Below, piece after piece: positions 36,229 to 48,251 of a DNA stretch of 64,000 nucleotides (position 1 is the stretch's first letter; every line of letters starts with the position of its first letter). The stretch is from Escherichia phage LYE-01. The stretch is from the sequence record PQ303785.1, one strand, 5' to 3'. A program made the translations under genes and the position numbers. The notes beneath the pieces were generated by a model. It searched no databases, was not told where the DNA came from, and was given only the letters and a program-made list of their open reading frames with translations.

Positions 36229-38483
36229 TTAATGTTATCAAAAGTAGTGGTGTTTCTCAAAGCTTTGACCCGCAAAAAATTATTAAAGTTTTATCTTGGG
36301 CAGCTGAAGGAACATCTGTAGATCCTTATGAATTATATGAAAATATTAAATCATATCTCCGTGATGGAATGACAACTGATGACATTCAGACTATTGTCAT
36401 TAAGGCTGCTGCGAATTCTATTTCAGTTGAAGAGCCTGATTATCAATACGTAGCTGCACGCTGTTTAATGTTTGCTCTTCGTAAACATGTGTACGGACAA
36501 TATGAACCACGTTCATTTATTGACCATATTTCTTACTGTGTAAATGAAGGTAAATACGACCCTGAACTGTTGTCAAAATATTCAGCAGAAGAAATTACAT
36601 TTTTAGAATCAAAAATTAAGCACGAACGGGATATGGAATTTACTTATTCCGGGGCGATGCAATTAAAAGAAAAATATCTCGTTAAAGATAAAACCACTGG
36701 TCAAATTTATGAAACTCCACAGCTTGCATTTATGACTATTGGAATGGCATTGCATCAAGATGAACCTGTTGACAGATTAAAACATGTTATTCGTTTTTAT
36801 GAAGCAGTATCTACTCGACAGATTTCATTGCCAACTCCTATTATGGCTGGTTGTCGTACTCCAACTCGGCAGTTTAGTTCATGCGTTGTTATTGAGGCAG
36901 GTGATTCGCTGAAGTCTATCAACAAAGCTTCTGCTTCAATTGTTGAATATATCTCCAAACGAGCTGGAATTGGCATTAACGTTGGTATGATTCGTGCCGA
37001 AGGTTCTAAGATTGGCACAGGTGAAGTGCGTCATACTGGTGTTATTCCTTTTTGGAAACATTTTCAGACTGCTGTTAAATCATGTTCACAGGGCGGAATT
37101 CGTGGCGGCGCTGCTACTGCTTATTATCCTATTTGGCATTTGGAAGTTGAAAATCTTCTCGTTTTGAAAAATAACAAAGGCGTAGAAGAAAACCGTATCC
37201 GTCATATGGATTATGGTGTCCAGCTGAATGATTTGATGATGGAACGTTTTGGAAAGAACGACTACATTACTTTGTTCAGTCCGCATGAAATGGGTGGCGA
37301 GCTTTATTATTCTTATTTTAAAGACCAAGACCGTTTCCGTGAATTATACGAAGCAGCAGAAAAAGATCCTAATATTCGTAAAAAGCGTATTAAAGCTCGT
37401 GAACTATTTGAATTGCTCATGACTGAACGCTCAGGAACAGCAAGGATTTATGTGCAGTTCATTGATAATACGAATAACTATACTCCGTTTATTCGTGAAA
37501 AGGCACCTATTCGTCAGAGTAACTTGTGTTGTGAAATTGCTATTCCAACAAATGATGTGAATAGTCCTGATGCTGAAATTGGATTGTGCACGTTATCTGC
37601 ATTTGTGTTGGATAACTTCGATTGGCAAGACCAAGATAAAATTAATGAATTAGCAGAAGTTCAAGTTCGCGCTCTTGATAATCTTTTGGATTACCAAGGA
37701 TATCCAGTTCCTGAAGCAGAAAAAGCTAAAAAGCGTCGAAATCTTGGTGTAGGTGTTACCAACTATGCAGCTTGGCTGGCAAGTAACTTTGCTTCTTATG
37801 AAGATGCTAACGATTTAACACATGAACTATTTGAGAGATTACAGTATGGACTCATTAAAGCATCCATTAAGCTCGCCAAAGAAAAAGGACCTTGCGAATA
37901 TTATTCAGACACTCGTTGGTCTCGAGGCGAATTACCTATCGACTGGTACAATAAAAAGATTGACCAAATCGCAGCTCCAAAATACGTTTGTGACTGGTCG
38001 GCGCTGCGGGAAGACCTTAAGCTCTTTGGCATCCGTAATAGCACATTATCAGCACTTATGCCATGTGAGTCATCTTCCCAAGTTTCTAACAGTACAAACG
38101 GTATCGAGCCTCCACGTGGACCAGTCTCTGTTAAAGAATCAAAAGAGGGTTCCTTTAATCAAGTCGTGCCCAATATTGAACATAACATAGACCTATATGA
38201 TTATACGTGGAAATTAGCTAAGAAAGGTAATAAACCTTATCTTACGCAGGTAGCTATTATGCTGAAATGGGTATGTCAATCAGCTTCAGCGAATACATAT
38301 TATGACCCGCAGATTTTTCCAAAAGGAAAGGTTCCAATGTCTGTAATGATTGATGACCTTTTGTACTTTTGGTATTTTGGCGGAAAAAATTTCTATTATC
38401 ATAATACCCGTGATGGTTCTGGTACTGATGATTATGAAATAGAAACTCCAAAAGCTGAAGATTGTTCATCCTGTAAATTATGA
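36219..38483 (+). CDS. nrdA: ribonucleotide reductase large subunit
   Basis: 754 aa; ATP-cone N-terminus; catalytic cysteines. Confidence 0.9.
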   Translation: MQLINVIKSSGVSQSFDPQKIIKVLSWAAEGTSVDPYELYENIKSYLRDGMTTDDIQTIVIKAAANSISVEEPDYQYVAARCLMFALRKHVYGQYEPRSFIDHISYCVNEGKYDPELLSKYSAEEITFLESKIKHERDMEFTYSGAMQLKEKYLVKDKTTGQIYETPQLAFMTIGMALHQDEPVDRLKHVIRFYEAVSTRQISLPTPIMAGCRTPTRQFSSCVVIEAGDSLKSINKASASIVEYISKRAGIGINVGMIRAEGSKIGTGEVRHTGVIPFWKHFQTAVKSCSQGGIRGGAATAYYPIWHLEVENLLVLKNNKGVEENRIRHMDYGVQLNDLMMERFGKNDYITLFSPHEMGGELYYSYFKDQDRFRELYEAAEKDPNIRKKRIKARELFELLMTERSGTARIYVQFIDNTNNYTPFIREKAPIRQSNLCCEIAIPTNDVNSPDAEIGLCTLSAFVLDNFDWQDQDKINELAEVQVRALDNLLDYQGYPVPEAEKAKKRRNLGVGVTNYAAWLASNFASYEDANDLTHELFERLQYGLIKASIKLAKEKGPCEYYSDTRWSRGELPIDWYNKKIDQIAAPKYVCDWSALREDLKLFGIRNSTLSALMPCESSSQVSNSTNGIEPPRGPVSVKESKEGSFNQVVPNIEHNIDLYDYTWKLAKKGNKPYLTQVAIMLKWVCQSASANTYYDPQIFPKGKVPMSVMIDDLLYFWYFGGKNFYYHNTRDGSGTDDYEIETPKAEDCSSCKL

Positions 38484-38534
38484 TATAATTTGACTCACGG
38501 ACGAGTCACTATCTATTAACTAAGTGGAAAATTT

Positions 38535-39713
38535 ATGAGCACAGTTTTTAATACAAATCCAGTTGATGTTTTAAAAGAACCTATGTTCTTCGGTTCAGGT
38601 CTTGGTATTGCGCGTTACGATATTCAACGTCATAAAGTTTTTGAAGATTTAACTGAAAAGCAGTTGTCATTTTTCTGGCGTCCTGAAGAAGTAAACTTGA
38701 TGATGGATGCTGCGCAATTTAACAAGCTTCCTCAGTATCAGCAAGATATTTTTACTAATAACCTGAAGTATCAATCACTTCTAGATAGCATTCAGGGTCG
38801 TGCACCGTCTGCAGTACTTATGTCATTAATTTCAGATCCAAGTCTTGATACATGGGTTGCTACATGGACTTTTAGTGAAACTATTCACAGCCGTTCATAT
38901 ACTCATATCATGCGAAATCTTTATACTGATCCATCAAAGGTATTTGATGAGATTGTACTAGATAAAGCTATTATGAAACGTGCTGAGTCCATTGGTCGCT
39001 ATTACGATGATGTTCTTAAAAAGACCCGTGAATGGGAAAATGCTAAAGAATTTGTAGAACTAGCTAAAGAATCTCCTGATGCTGATTTTCGTTTAAATCG
39101 AGCTATTAAACAAGAAGCCGAAGCTAAACGAGCACTAATGAAATCTCTTTATCTTTGCCTCCATGTAATCAATGCATTGGAAGCTATTCGTTTTTATGTA
39201 TCTTTCGCATGTACCTTTAACTTCCATAAGAACATGGAAATCATGGAAGGTAATGCTAAGATTATGAAGTTCATTGCGCGTGATGAGCAACTTCATCTTA
39301 AAGGCACTCAATATATTATTCGTCAACTTCAACTTGGCACTGACGGTGATGAATGGGTTAAAATTGCTCAAGAGTGTGAACAAGAAGCAGTTGATATTTT
39401 CATGGAAGTTAACCGTCAAGAAAAAGACTGGGCAGTTCATTTATTTAAAGATGGCGATGTTCCCGGATTAAATACAAATAGCATGTGGAGCTTTATTGAT
39501 TACTTAACTGTATCTCGTATGAAACATTGTGGTCTTCCATGTCCAATTACCGATGCTCCGGTTAAACATCCATATCCTTGGATTCGTGAATACCTTAATT
39601 CTGATAATGTTCAATCCGCGCCACAAGAAGTAGAACTGTCATCTTACCTTGTAGCACAGATTGATAATGATGTTGATGATAAAGTTATGATGAGTTTTAA
39701 AAAATATTTTTAA
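38535..39713 (+). CDS. nrdB: ribonucleotide reductase small subunit, uninterrupted
   Basis: 392 aa continuous ORF; di-iron ligand motifs. Confidence 0.9.
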   Translation: MSTVFNTNPVDVLKEPMFFGSGLGIARYDIQRHKVFEDLTEKQLSFFWRPEEVNLMMDAAQFNKLPQYQQDIFTNNLKYQSLLDSIQGRAPSAVLMSLISDPSLDTWVATWTFSETIHSRSYTHIMRNLYTDPSKVFDEIVLDKAIMKRAESIGRYYDDVLKKTREWENAKEFVELAKESPDADFRLNRAIKQEAEAKRALMKSLYLCLHVINALEAIRFYVSFACTFNFHKNMEIMEGNAKIMKFIARDEQLHLKGTQYIIRQLQLGTDGDEWVKIAQECEQEAVDIFMEVNRQEKDWAVHLFKDGDVPGLNTNSMWSFIDYLTVSRMKHCGLPCPITDAPVKHPYPWIREYLNSDNVQSAPQEVELSSYLVAQIDNDVDDKVMMSFKKYF

Positions 39714-39717
39714 GGAG

Positions 39718-39737
39718 TGGGCCGCAAGGCCCATTTT
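39718..39737 (+). terminator. hairpin with GNRA loop after nrdB
   Basis: TGGGCC-GCAA-GGCCCA then TTTTATT; directly precedes the denA ATG. Confidence 0.55.
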
Positions 39738-39740
39738 ATT

Positions 39741-41328
<1,588 letters not shown>

Positions 41329-41331
41329 GCT

Positions 41332-41361
41332 GTTTACAAGTCCCTCGTGTTGTGTTACAGT
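41332..41361 (+). promoter_or_regulatory. early promoter for alc
   Basis: GTTTAC 41332-41337, TACAGT 41356-41361; near-duplicate of the 57151 cassette. Confidence 0.55.
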
Positions 41362-41392
41362 AGTCTTACTGACATAACATGAGGACTTTATG

Positions 41393-41896
41393 ATGGATTT
41401 ACAGCTTATTACTACTGAAATGGTCGTTGAAGCATATGGTGATACTACAGATGGGATTTCTGTATTTAAAGGAAATCGTCGAGTTGGATATATCACCGAT
41501 CTTAAGAAAGATTTAGCTAAGCAAGTTAAGCGGAAAACGACCATCAAAGAATATCGAAATCGTCGTCTTGAGCAAGCCCGTGATATGCTTCCTGATGCAG
41601 TTGAGGAGATGAAAGTCTTTTTAGAAAATCAGCTTGCGAAATATGATTGTGAAGTATTCATTAATCAGACTCAACCTAATGTTCATATTAATAACTGTAA
41701 ATGCTACATCATTGTTAATCCTTTGACAGAAAAGCATCGTCTTGGAATTAGTAATCCAAATCGTAGCGCATCAGATATGGCAGAAGATGTTGAGGCATGC
41801 TTTAAAATTTCTAAATCTCCAGCTGAACATCATATTTTAATTAACGGTCTTTCTCAAGACGATATTGTAGAGGTTATTAAAACTTTATGCATGTAA
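41393..41896 (+). CDS. alc: Alc (host transcription unfolding protein)
   Basis: 167 aa from second ATG; position after gene 63. Confidence 0.7.
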   Translation: MDLQLITTEMVVEAYGDTTDGISVFKGNRRVGYITDLKKDLAKQVKRKTTIKEYRNRRLEQARDMLPDAVEEMKVFLENQLAKYDCEVFINQTQPNVHINNCKCYIIVNPLTEKHRLGISNPNRSASDMAEDVEACFKISKSPAEHHILINGLSQDDIVEVIKTLCM

Positions 41897-42240
41897 GTAA
41901 TTTTACAGCTGGATTGCTATTACTTGTAATAGCATTTGGCGGAACATCTATTATTTTAAAAAATAAGGTAGAAAGATTAGAAACATCGGTTACTGAAATT
42001 ACAAAAACGGCCAATGAAAACGCTTTAGCATTAGATAATTTGCGAATTCAGTATAATTATATTGATGCGATGAATAATAAAAATCGTGAGGCAATTGCTG
42101 CTATTGAGCGTGAAAATGAAAAACTGCGCAAAGATGCAAAGAAGGCGGATGTGGTGGCTCATAAGCCAGGATTGGTTGAAAAACAAATCAACAACTCCTT
42201 CAACAAGTTCGCAGAAGACATCCAGGACCTTTCTAAATGA
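41887..42240 (+). CDS. inner-membrane spanin (Rz-like; pseT.3 position)
   Basis: 117 aa; N-terminal transmembrane segment then coiled coil. Confidence 0.55.
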   Translation: MHVSNFTAGLLLLVIAFGGTSIILKNKVERLETSVTEITKTANENALALDNLRIQYNYIDAMNNKNREAIAAIERENEKLRKDAKKADVVAHKPGLVEKQINNSFNKFAEDIQDLSK

Positions 42241-42536
42241 TTAAACTATCGGCAGTAATATTATCTATTGGTCTTCTAGTTGGTTGTTCGACAAAGCCTC
42301 TAGAAGTAAAGAAAGAAACAGTTCATCCTAATTGGCCTGTGCAAATAAAGTCATATGATGAAGCTAAACTATCTTGGCAAGTTAAAGTCATTGATGGTAA
42401 AGCTTGGGTCGGTATGCCATTTGAAGATTCCCAGGAATTTCGTATTTGGCTTAATGATGTAAAACGATATGTACATGACCAAAAAACTATGATATGTTAT
42501 TATCGTCAAGAGCTAAAAGAGGATAAATGTAAATGA
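42237..42536 (+). CDS. outer-membrane lipoprotein spanin (Rz1-like; pseT.2 position)
   Basis: MIKLSAVILSIGLLVGCSTKP signal plus lipobox; adjacent to the i-spanin. Confidence 0.55.
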   Translation: MIKLSAVILSIGLLVGCSTKPLEVKKETVHPNWPVQIKSYDEAKLSWQVKVIDGKAWVGMPFEDSQEFRIWLNDVKRYVHDQKTMICYYRQELKEDKCK

Positions 42537-42759
42537 TTTCATGGCATCAATTTGAACATCTCAAAGGATTGATTTATGAATCTGAGATGGCTGCAATGAT
42601 TTATGGACGCCAGATTCAACGATTAGAATCTTTGCCTCCAACTAATGATGTTTTATTAGCTCAATCACGTGCTAATCTCAAAAATGAATACCAAAATAAG
42701 TGGGGTAAAGCATCTAAAGACCTGCATGATTATATTCAATCATTAGTTGAGAAAAATAA

Positions 42760-42763
<4 letters not shown>
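42533..42763 (+). CDS. hypothetical protein
   Basis: ORF track. Confidence 0.45.
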
Positions 42764-43984
<1,221 letters not shown>

Positions 43985-43985
<1 letters not shown>

Positions 43986-44182
43986 TGGCTTTGCATCATG
44001 AAACTTGGGCTATTGTTATTGTAAATAGTGGTTTAGTTGGTACTAGTAATGGGCAATTTTGTGTTTTCACTAGTGAAATCAGAGCTTGGGAGGAATGCCT
44101 TAAATTAAGAGAAAAGAATCCTGATGTTGAACTAACAGTAAAGAAAACTAAACTGCCTTTACCATGGAAAACTTATGAATAA
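43985..44182 (+). CDS. hypothetical protein
   Basis: ORF track. Confidence 0.45.
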
Positions 44183-44375
44183 CATAGAAAAGATTTATCG
44201 TCTTTGTGATAAAATTGAAAAAGAAAAGAAATATCTATTTTGTCTATGGCCTATTGTTGACGGAAGAGTAGGCTTAGATGTTATTGATTATGAAACAGAA
44301 GACAAAGTAGATGGTTCAATTTTTGATAACGCTTTGGATGTTATTGATTGGCTTGAAGAAAATTATGTGAGGTAA
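44175..44375 (+). CDS. hypothetical protein
   Basis: ORF track. Confidence 0.45.
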   Translation: MNNIEKIYRLCDKIEKEKKYLFCLWPIVDGRVGLDVIDYETEDKVDGSIFDNALDVIDWLEENYVR

Positions 44376-44377
44376 AT

Positions 44378-44653
44378 ATGTTTCCGACTTACTCTAAAAT
44401 CGTAGAAGTAGTGTTTAGCCAAATTATCGCTAATAATATGTTTGAAAAACTTGATAACGCAGCTGAGCTTCGAATTCATGCTCAAGTGACTCATGTATTG
44501 AACACTTTGCTTCCAGACCAGGTGGATTCTATCGCCATTACACTGTATCCAGGTTCTGCGCATATCATTGTTGTATTTGGTCTTGATGCTGAGTTAGTTA
44601 TCAAGGGCGATATTCGCTTTGAATCGCAGACATCAGAATTCAAAGCAATTTAA
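44378..44653 (+). CDS. hypothetical protein
   Basis: ORF track. Confidence 0.45.
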   Translation: MFPTYSKIVEVVFSQIIANNMFEKLDNAAELRIHAQVTHVLNTLLPDQVDSIAITLYPGSAHIIVVFGLDAELVIKGDIRFESQTSEFKAI

Positions 44654-44655
44654 CA

Positions 44656-44685
44656 GTTTACTTTACGGTAGAGTTGTGATATTAT
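44656..44685 (+). promoter_or_regulatory. early promoter
   Basis: GTTTAC 44656-44661, TATTAT 44680-44685 inside the loop of GGTAGAG/CTCTACC. Confidence 0.55.
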
Positions 44686-44715
44686 AGCTCTACCAAAACA
44701 AATGAGGAAATTGAA

Positions 44716-45243
44716 ATGAGCGAATGGTTTGAAGAAGATAAGGTTTATCGCTTTAAAGCTGGATATAAAGATATTTTTAATGAAACTTGCGGAGCTAATA
44801 AACGAATTGCACAGTTTATTGGGGAAAATTCATTTAAAGTAAAAATAGATCCTGCGAAAAATGTTATTAGCATTAAACGTGAAATTGATGATTGCTGGTA
44901 TAAAGCTGTTGATGTAATGGGTGAATCCTATAAAGTTAGTCCGTTATTTTCAATTGCTTATATGTTAGAATATTCTTTTTTCGAAGAAGTTCAAAAAGAT
45001 GATTCTGTCAGTAAATTTGAAATTAAAGCTGATAAAGAAATTAAATGGAAAGTAGTAGGTATTACTGGTTGTATGTTCTATATCTATGCTCAAACTGATA
45101 CGAAGGAAGAAGCTAAAAAGAAAGCTCTAGAATATCTTGAAGAGTATGAAGAAGGTCCGGTAATGATTACTCAAGATGCCGAATTAGTTTCTGTCAAATT
45201 AGTTAAAAACGTTGAAAGTAAGGAGCTTGGATCAACATGCTAA
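44716..45243 (+). CDS. hypothetical 175-aa protein
   Basis: ORF track; early promoter and GAGGA SD upstream. Confidence 0.5.
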   Translation: MSEWFEEDKVYRFKAGYKDIFNETCGANKRIAQFIGENSFKVKIDPAKNVISIKREIDDCWYKAVDVMGESYKVSPLFSIAYMLEYSFFEEVQKDDSVSKFEIKADKEIKWKVVGITGCMFYIYAQTDTKEEAKKKALEYLEEYEEGPVMITQDAELVSVKLVKNVESKELGSTC

Positions 45244-45473
45244 GCGAAAAACCAATTACTGTTAAAGAATTCCAAGAAAAAGTTAAACTATTTGCTCAGG
45301 AATTGGTAAATAAGGTTTCTGAACGATTTCCTGAAACATCGGTTCGTGTTATTACCGAAACTCCTCGTTCAGTATTAGTAATTGTGAATCCAGGTGATGG
45401 TGACCAAATAACACATCTCAAATTGGATTTTGATGGATTAGTTGAAGCACAAAGGGTGTATGGCGTACTATGA
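45237..45473 (+). CDS. hypothetical protein
   Basis: ORF track. Confidence 0.45.
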   Translation: MLSEKPITVKEFQEKVKLFAQELVNKVSERFPETSVRVITETPRSVLVIVNPGDGDQITHLKLDFDGLVEAQRVYGVL

Positions 45474-45808
45474 TGAATTTAACTGATATAATTGATAATT
45501 GTCTTGAAAATGATACTGGCGATCATAGAGCGCTTGATTCTGAAACAGCACAGTTCATTAGAATAACTTTAATGAATGATACTCTAGTGAATAGTATTCA
45601 TCCTTCTGTGTATGATGCTATTATTGTGACGAAGTATCCAGTTGAGCTTCACAAAAAGATGGCTGGTGCAATTTTTATTGATAAGAAAAACCGCTTTAAA
45701 GATGGGCAGAATATAATTAGTTCTGTTATTAAAAGTATAACTAAACTTCGTCACGAAATTTATCGTGTTGAAACTGCTAAATCTGCTTATCTGGTGATTA
45801 TGAAATGA
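45470..45808 (+). CDS. hypothetical protein
   Basis: ORF track. Confidence 0.45.
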   Translation: MMNLTDIIDNCLENDTGDHRALDSETAQFIRITLMNDTLVNSIHPSVYDAIIVTKYPVELHKKMAGAIFIDKKNRFKDGQNIISSVIKSITKLRHEIYRVETAKSAYLVIMK

Positions 45809-46386
45809 AAGCGAGTACAGTACTTCAAATTGCATATTTAGTATCACAAGAATCAAAATGTTGCTCCTGGAAGGTAGGAGCAGTAATTGAAAAGAATGGA
45901 CGTATTATTTCTACTGGGTATAATGGTTCGCCTGCAGGTGGTGTGAATTGCTGTGATTATGCTGCTGAGCAAGGTTGGTTGCTGAATAAGCCTAAACATA
46001 CTATCATTCAAGGTCATAAGCCTGAATGCGTATCATTTGGTTCAACTGATCGTTTTGTCTTAGCGAAAGAACACCGCAGCGCTCATTCTGAATGGTCGTC
46101 TAAAAATGAAATTCATGCTGAACTAAATGCAATTTTGTTTGCTGCACGAAATGGTTCTTCAATTGAAGGTGCTACTATGTATGTAACACTTTCTCCTTGC
46201 CCAGATTGTGCAAAAGCGATAGCTCAATCTGGAATTAAAAAGCTGGTTTATTGTGAAACATACGATAAAAATAAACCTGGCTGGGATGATATTCTGCGAA
46301 ATGCGGGTATTGAAGTGTTTAATGTTCCTAAGAAAAACTTGAATAAGTTAAACTGGGAAAATATCAACGAATTCTGTGGTGAATAA
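45805..46386 (+). CDS. cd: dCMP deaminase
   Basis: 193 aa; HAE and PCPDC zinc-binding deaminase motifs. Confidence 0.85.
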   Translation: MKASTVLQIAYLVSQESKCCSWKVGAVIEKNGRIISTGYNGSPAGGVNCCDYAAEQGWLLNKPKHTIIQGHKPECVSFGSTDRFVLAKEHRSAHSEWSSKNEIHAELNAILFAARNGSSIEGATMYVTLSPCPDCAKAIAQSGIKKLVYCETYDKNKPGWDDILRNAGIEVFNVPKKNLNKLNWENINEFCGE

Positions 46387-46622
46387 TGAAATTTCGTTTG
46401 GTACAACTCACAGCAATTAGTTCTTATTCCAACGAGAACATTTCATTTGCTGTAGAGTATAAGAAATATTTTTTCTCTAAATGGAAACAGTATTATAAGT
46501 CAGACTGGGTTTGTATTGATAGACCGTATAGTTGGAAATCTGATTTAGAAAAATGCCAAAAACTGCTTTCCACTCTTAAAGAACGTGGAACAACTCATAT
46601 TAAAACTGTGATAGGTAAATAA
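46386..46622 (+). CDS. hypothetical protein (31.2 position)
   Basis: ORF track. Confidence 0.45.
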   Translation: MKFRLVQLTAISSYSNENISFAVEYKKYFFSKWKQYYKSDWVCIDRPYSWKSDLEKCQKLLSTLKERGTTHIKTVIGK

Positions 46623-46931
46623 ATGAAACTGACGACTGAACAGAAAGTAGCAATTCGTGAAATTTTGAAAACTAAATTGTCCATGGGTATTTCAAACGTA
46701 GTTTTTGAAAAGTCTGATGGTACTATTCGTACTATGAAAGGTACTCGTGATGCAGACTTTATGCCAACCATGCAAACCGGTAAATTGACTGAATCAACTC
46801 GGAAAGAATCTACTGATATGATTCCAGTATTTGATGTTGAGCTTGGTGCATGGCGAGGTTTTTCTATTGACAAATTGATTTCTGTTAATGGTATGAAAGT
46901 TGAGCATTTGCTTCAATTTATTGGTAAATAA
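46623..46931 (+). CDS. hypothetical protein (31.1 position)
   Basis: ORF track. Confidence 0.45.
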   Translation: MKLTTEQKVAIREILKTKLSMGISNVVFEKSDGTIRTMKGTRDADFMPTMQTGKLTESTRKESTDMIPVFDVELGAWRGFSIDKLISVNGMKVEHLLQFIGK

Positions 46932-46987
46932 ATGCTTTAAGAATTATTTGTTATTATTAATTCATCTGTTAACAAAAAGGAAAAACG

Positions 46988-47323
46988 ATGTCTGAAATAC
47001 AACAGCTACCAATTCGTGCTGTCGGTGAATATGTTATTTTAGTTTCTGAACCTGCGCAAGCCGGTGATGAAGAAGTTACAGAATCAGGACTTATTATCGG
47101 TAAACGTGTTCAAGGTGAAGTTCCTGAACTGTGTGTAATTCACTCTGTCGGTCCTGATGTTCCTGAAGGTTTTTGTGAAGTTGGTGATTTGACTTCTCTT
47201 CCAGTTGGTCAAATTCGAAACGTTCCGCATCCTTTTGTAGCTCTGGGTCTTAAGCAGCCAAAAGAAATTAAACAAAAATTCGTTACCTGTCACTATAAAG
47301 CTATTCCATGTCTTTATAAGTGA
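46988..47323 (+). CDS. 31: co-chaperonin gp31 (GroES analogue)
   Basis: 111 aa, [38 protein letters not shown]. Confidence 0.9.
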   Translation: MSEIQQLPIRAVGEYVILVSEPAQAGDEEVTESGLIIGKRVQGEVPELCVIHSVGPDVPEGFCEVGDLTSLPVGQIRNVPHPFVALGLKQPKEIKQKFVTCHYKAIPCLYK

Positions 47324-47331
47324 TATAAATA
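47324..47331 (+). promoter_or_regulatory. late promoter (TATAAATA) for rIII
   Basis: Exact TATAAATA right after gene 31 stop. Confidence 0.55.
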
Positions 47332-47470
47332 ATAATATGAATTGGGTGTCGGAATAATAAGTTAACCGAACAATTCTATGTGGTAGTCTACAACTGAGAG
47401 ATCTGTCGAAAGAAGATGAAATTCAGAAGAACGTGACTACCGAGTTTTAATCTCTAACGAGAATTTTTAA

Positions 47471-47719
47471 ATGATTAAACAATTACAACACGCTCTTGAA
47501 CTGCAACGAAACGCATGGAATAATGGTCACGAAAACTATGGCGCATCTATTGATGTTGAAGCCGAAGCTCTTGAAATCCTGCGTTATTTCAAACATCTGA
47601 ATCCTGCTCAAACTGCATTAGCTGCTGAGCTTCAGGAAAAAGATGAACTTAAATATGCTAAGCCTCTGGCTTCTGCTGCACGAAAAGCAGTTCGTCACTT
47701 TGTGGTAACATTGAAGTAA
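47471..47719 (+). CDS. rIII: rIII lysis-inhibition accessory protein
   Basis: 82 aa; late promoter upstream. Confidence 0.8.
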   Translation: MIKQLQHALELQRNAWNNGHENYGASIDVEAEALEILRYFKHLNPAQTALAAELQEKDELKYAKPLASAARKAVRHFVVTLK

Positions 47720-47964
47720 TTTATTGGAGATTCACTGCCTTAGTGTGAGCTAAAATCGAGGAGCCGTCGAACTGTCTGATTAATGATTTGCGAATCATTA
47801 TAGTTTTAAGACCCCGGCAGTTTTACGGTGTACCTCTTGAATGTGAATGATGACGGGTTTATGGTTATCCTGGTCGTTAAATATCCAAAAACCTATGTTC
47901 CCCTTGAGGGCTTGCGCAGGCAATGCCAATAAGTCCTGCATTTTCATTTAAAAGAGAATTTATA

Positions 47965-48141
47965 ATGGCAAAACAAGCTAAAGCAAAGAAAGCAGTTGAA
48001 AAGAAAGTTGGTGATTCTAAACGCGCTGGTTACAAGCGTGGGTCGAACTCTCGTATCAATCAAACTGTTGAGAAGATCATGCGCCGAGCACGTGCGGTTC
48101 TTCGAGATGATGCTTCTCGTTTTGGTAAGCAGAAAGCATAA
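47965..48141 (+). CDS. small basic protein (58 aa; 30.9 position)
   Basis: MAKQAKAKKAVEKKVGDSKRAGYKRG; track start 47923 extends upstream; strong terminator follows. Confidence 0.5.
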   Translation: MAKQAKAKKAVEKKVGDSKRAGYKRGSNSRINQTVEKIMRRARAVLRDDASRFGKQKA

Positions 48142-48146
48142 GTTGA

Positions 48147-48170
48147 GGACTCCTTCGGGAGTCCTTTTTT
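48147..48170 (+). terminator. rho-independent terminator
   Basis: GGACTCC-TTCG-GGAGTCC then T6. Confidence 0.8.
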
Positions 48171-48194
48171 ATTTTCCAAAGATTGCACAAAGTT

Positions 48195-48227
48195 GTTTAC
48201 AGTATAGTTCCTTTGTGATAGTATTAT
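48195..48227 (+). promoter_or_regulatory. early promoter
   Basis: GTTTAC 48195-48200, TAGTAT/TATTAT 48219-48227. Confidence 0.55.
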
Positions 48228-48251
48228 CTTACACAAACAAAGGAGAATAAA

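Noticed and set aside
34801-39713. Searched td and nrdB for group I introns and intron-encoded endonucleases
   Set aside because: Both ORFs are continuous at the expected lengths (286 and 392 aa) and no interposed HNH or GIY-YIG ORF is present.
39717-39740. 5' extension of denA starting MGRKAHFI
   Set aside because: The extension is the terminator hairpin TGGGCC-GCAA-GGCCCA; ATG 39741 gives the 136-aa endonuclease II length.
47996-48250. 84-aa ORF overlapping the small basic protein gene and its terminator
   Set aside because: Runs through a strong rho-independent terminator and the next early promoter; the alternate frame carries the basic protein.
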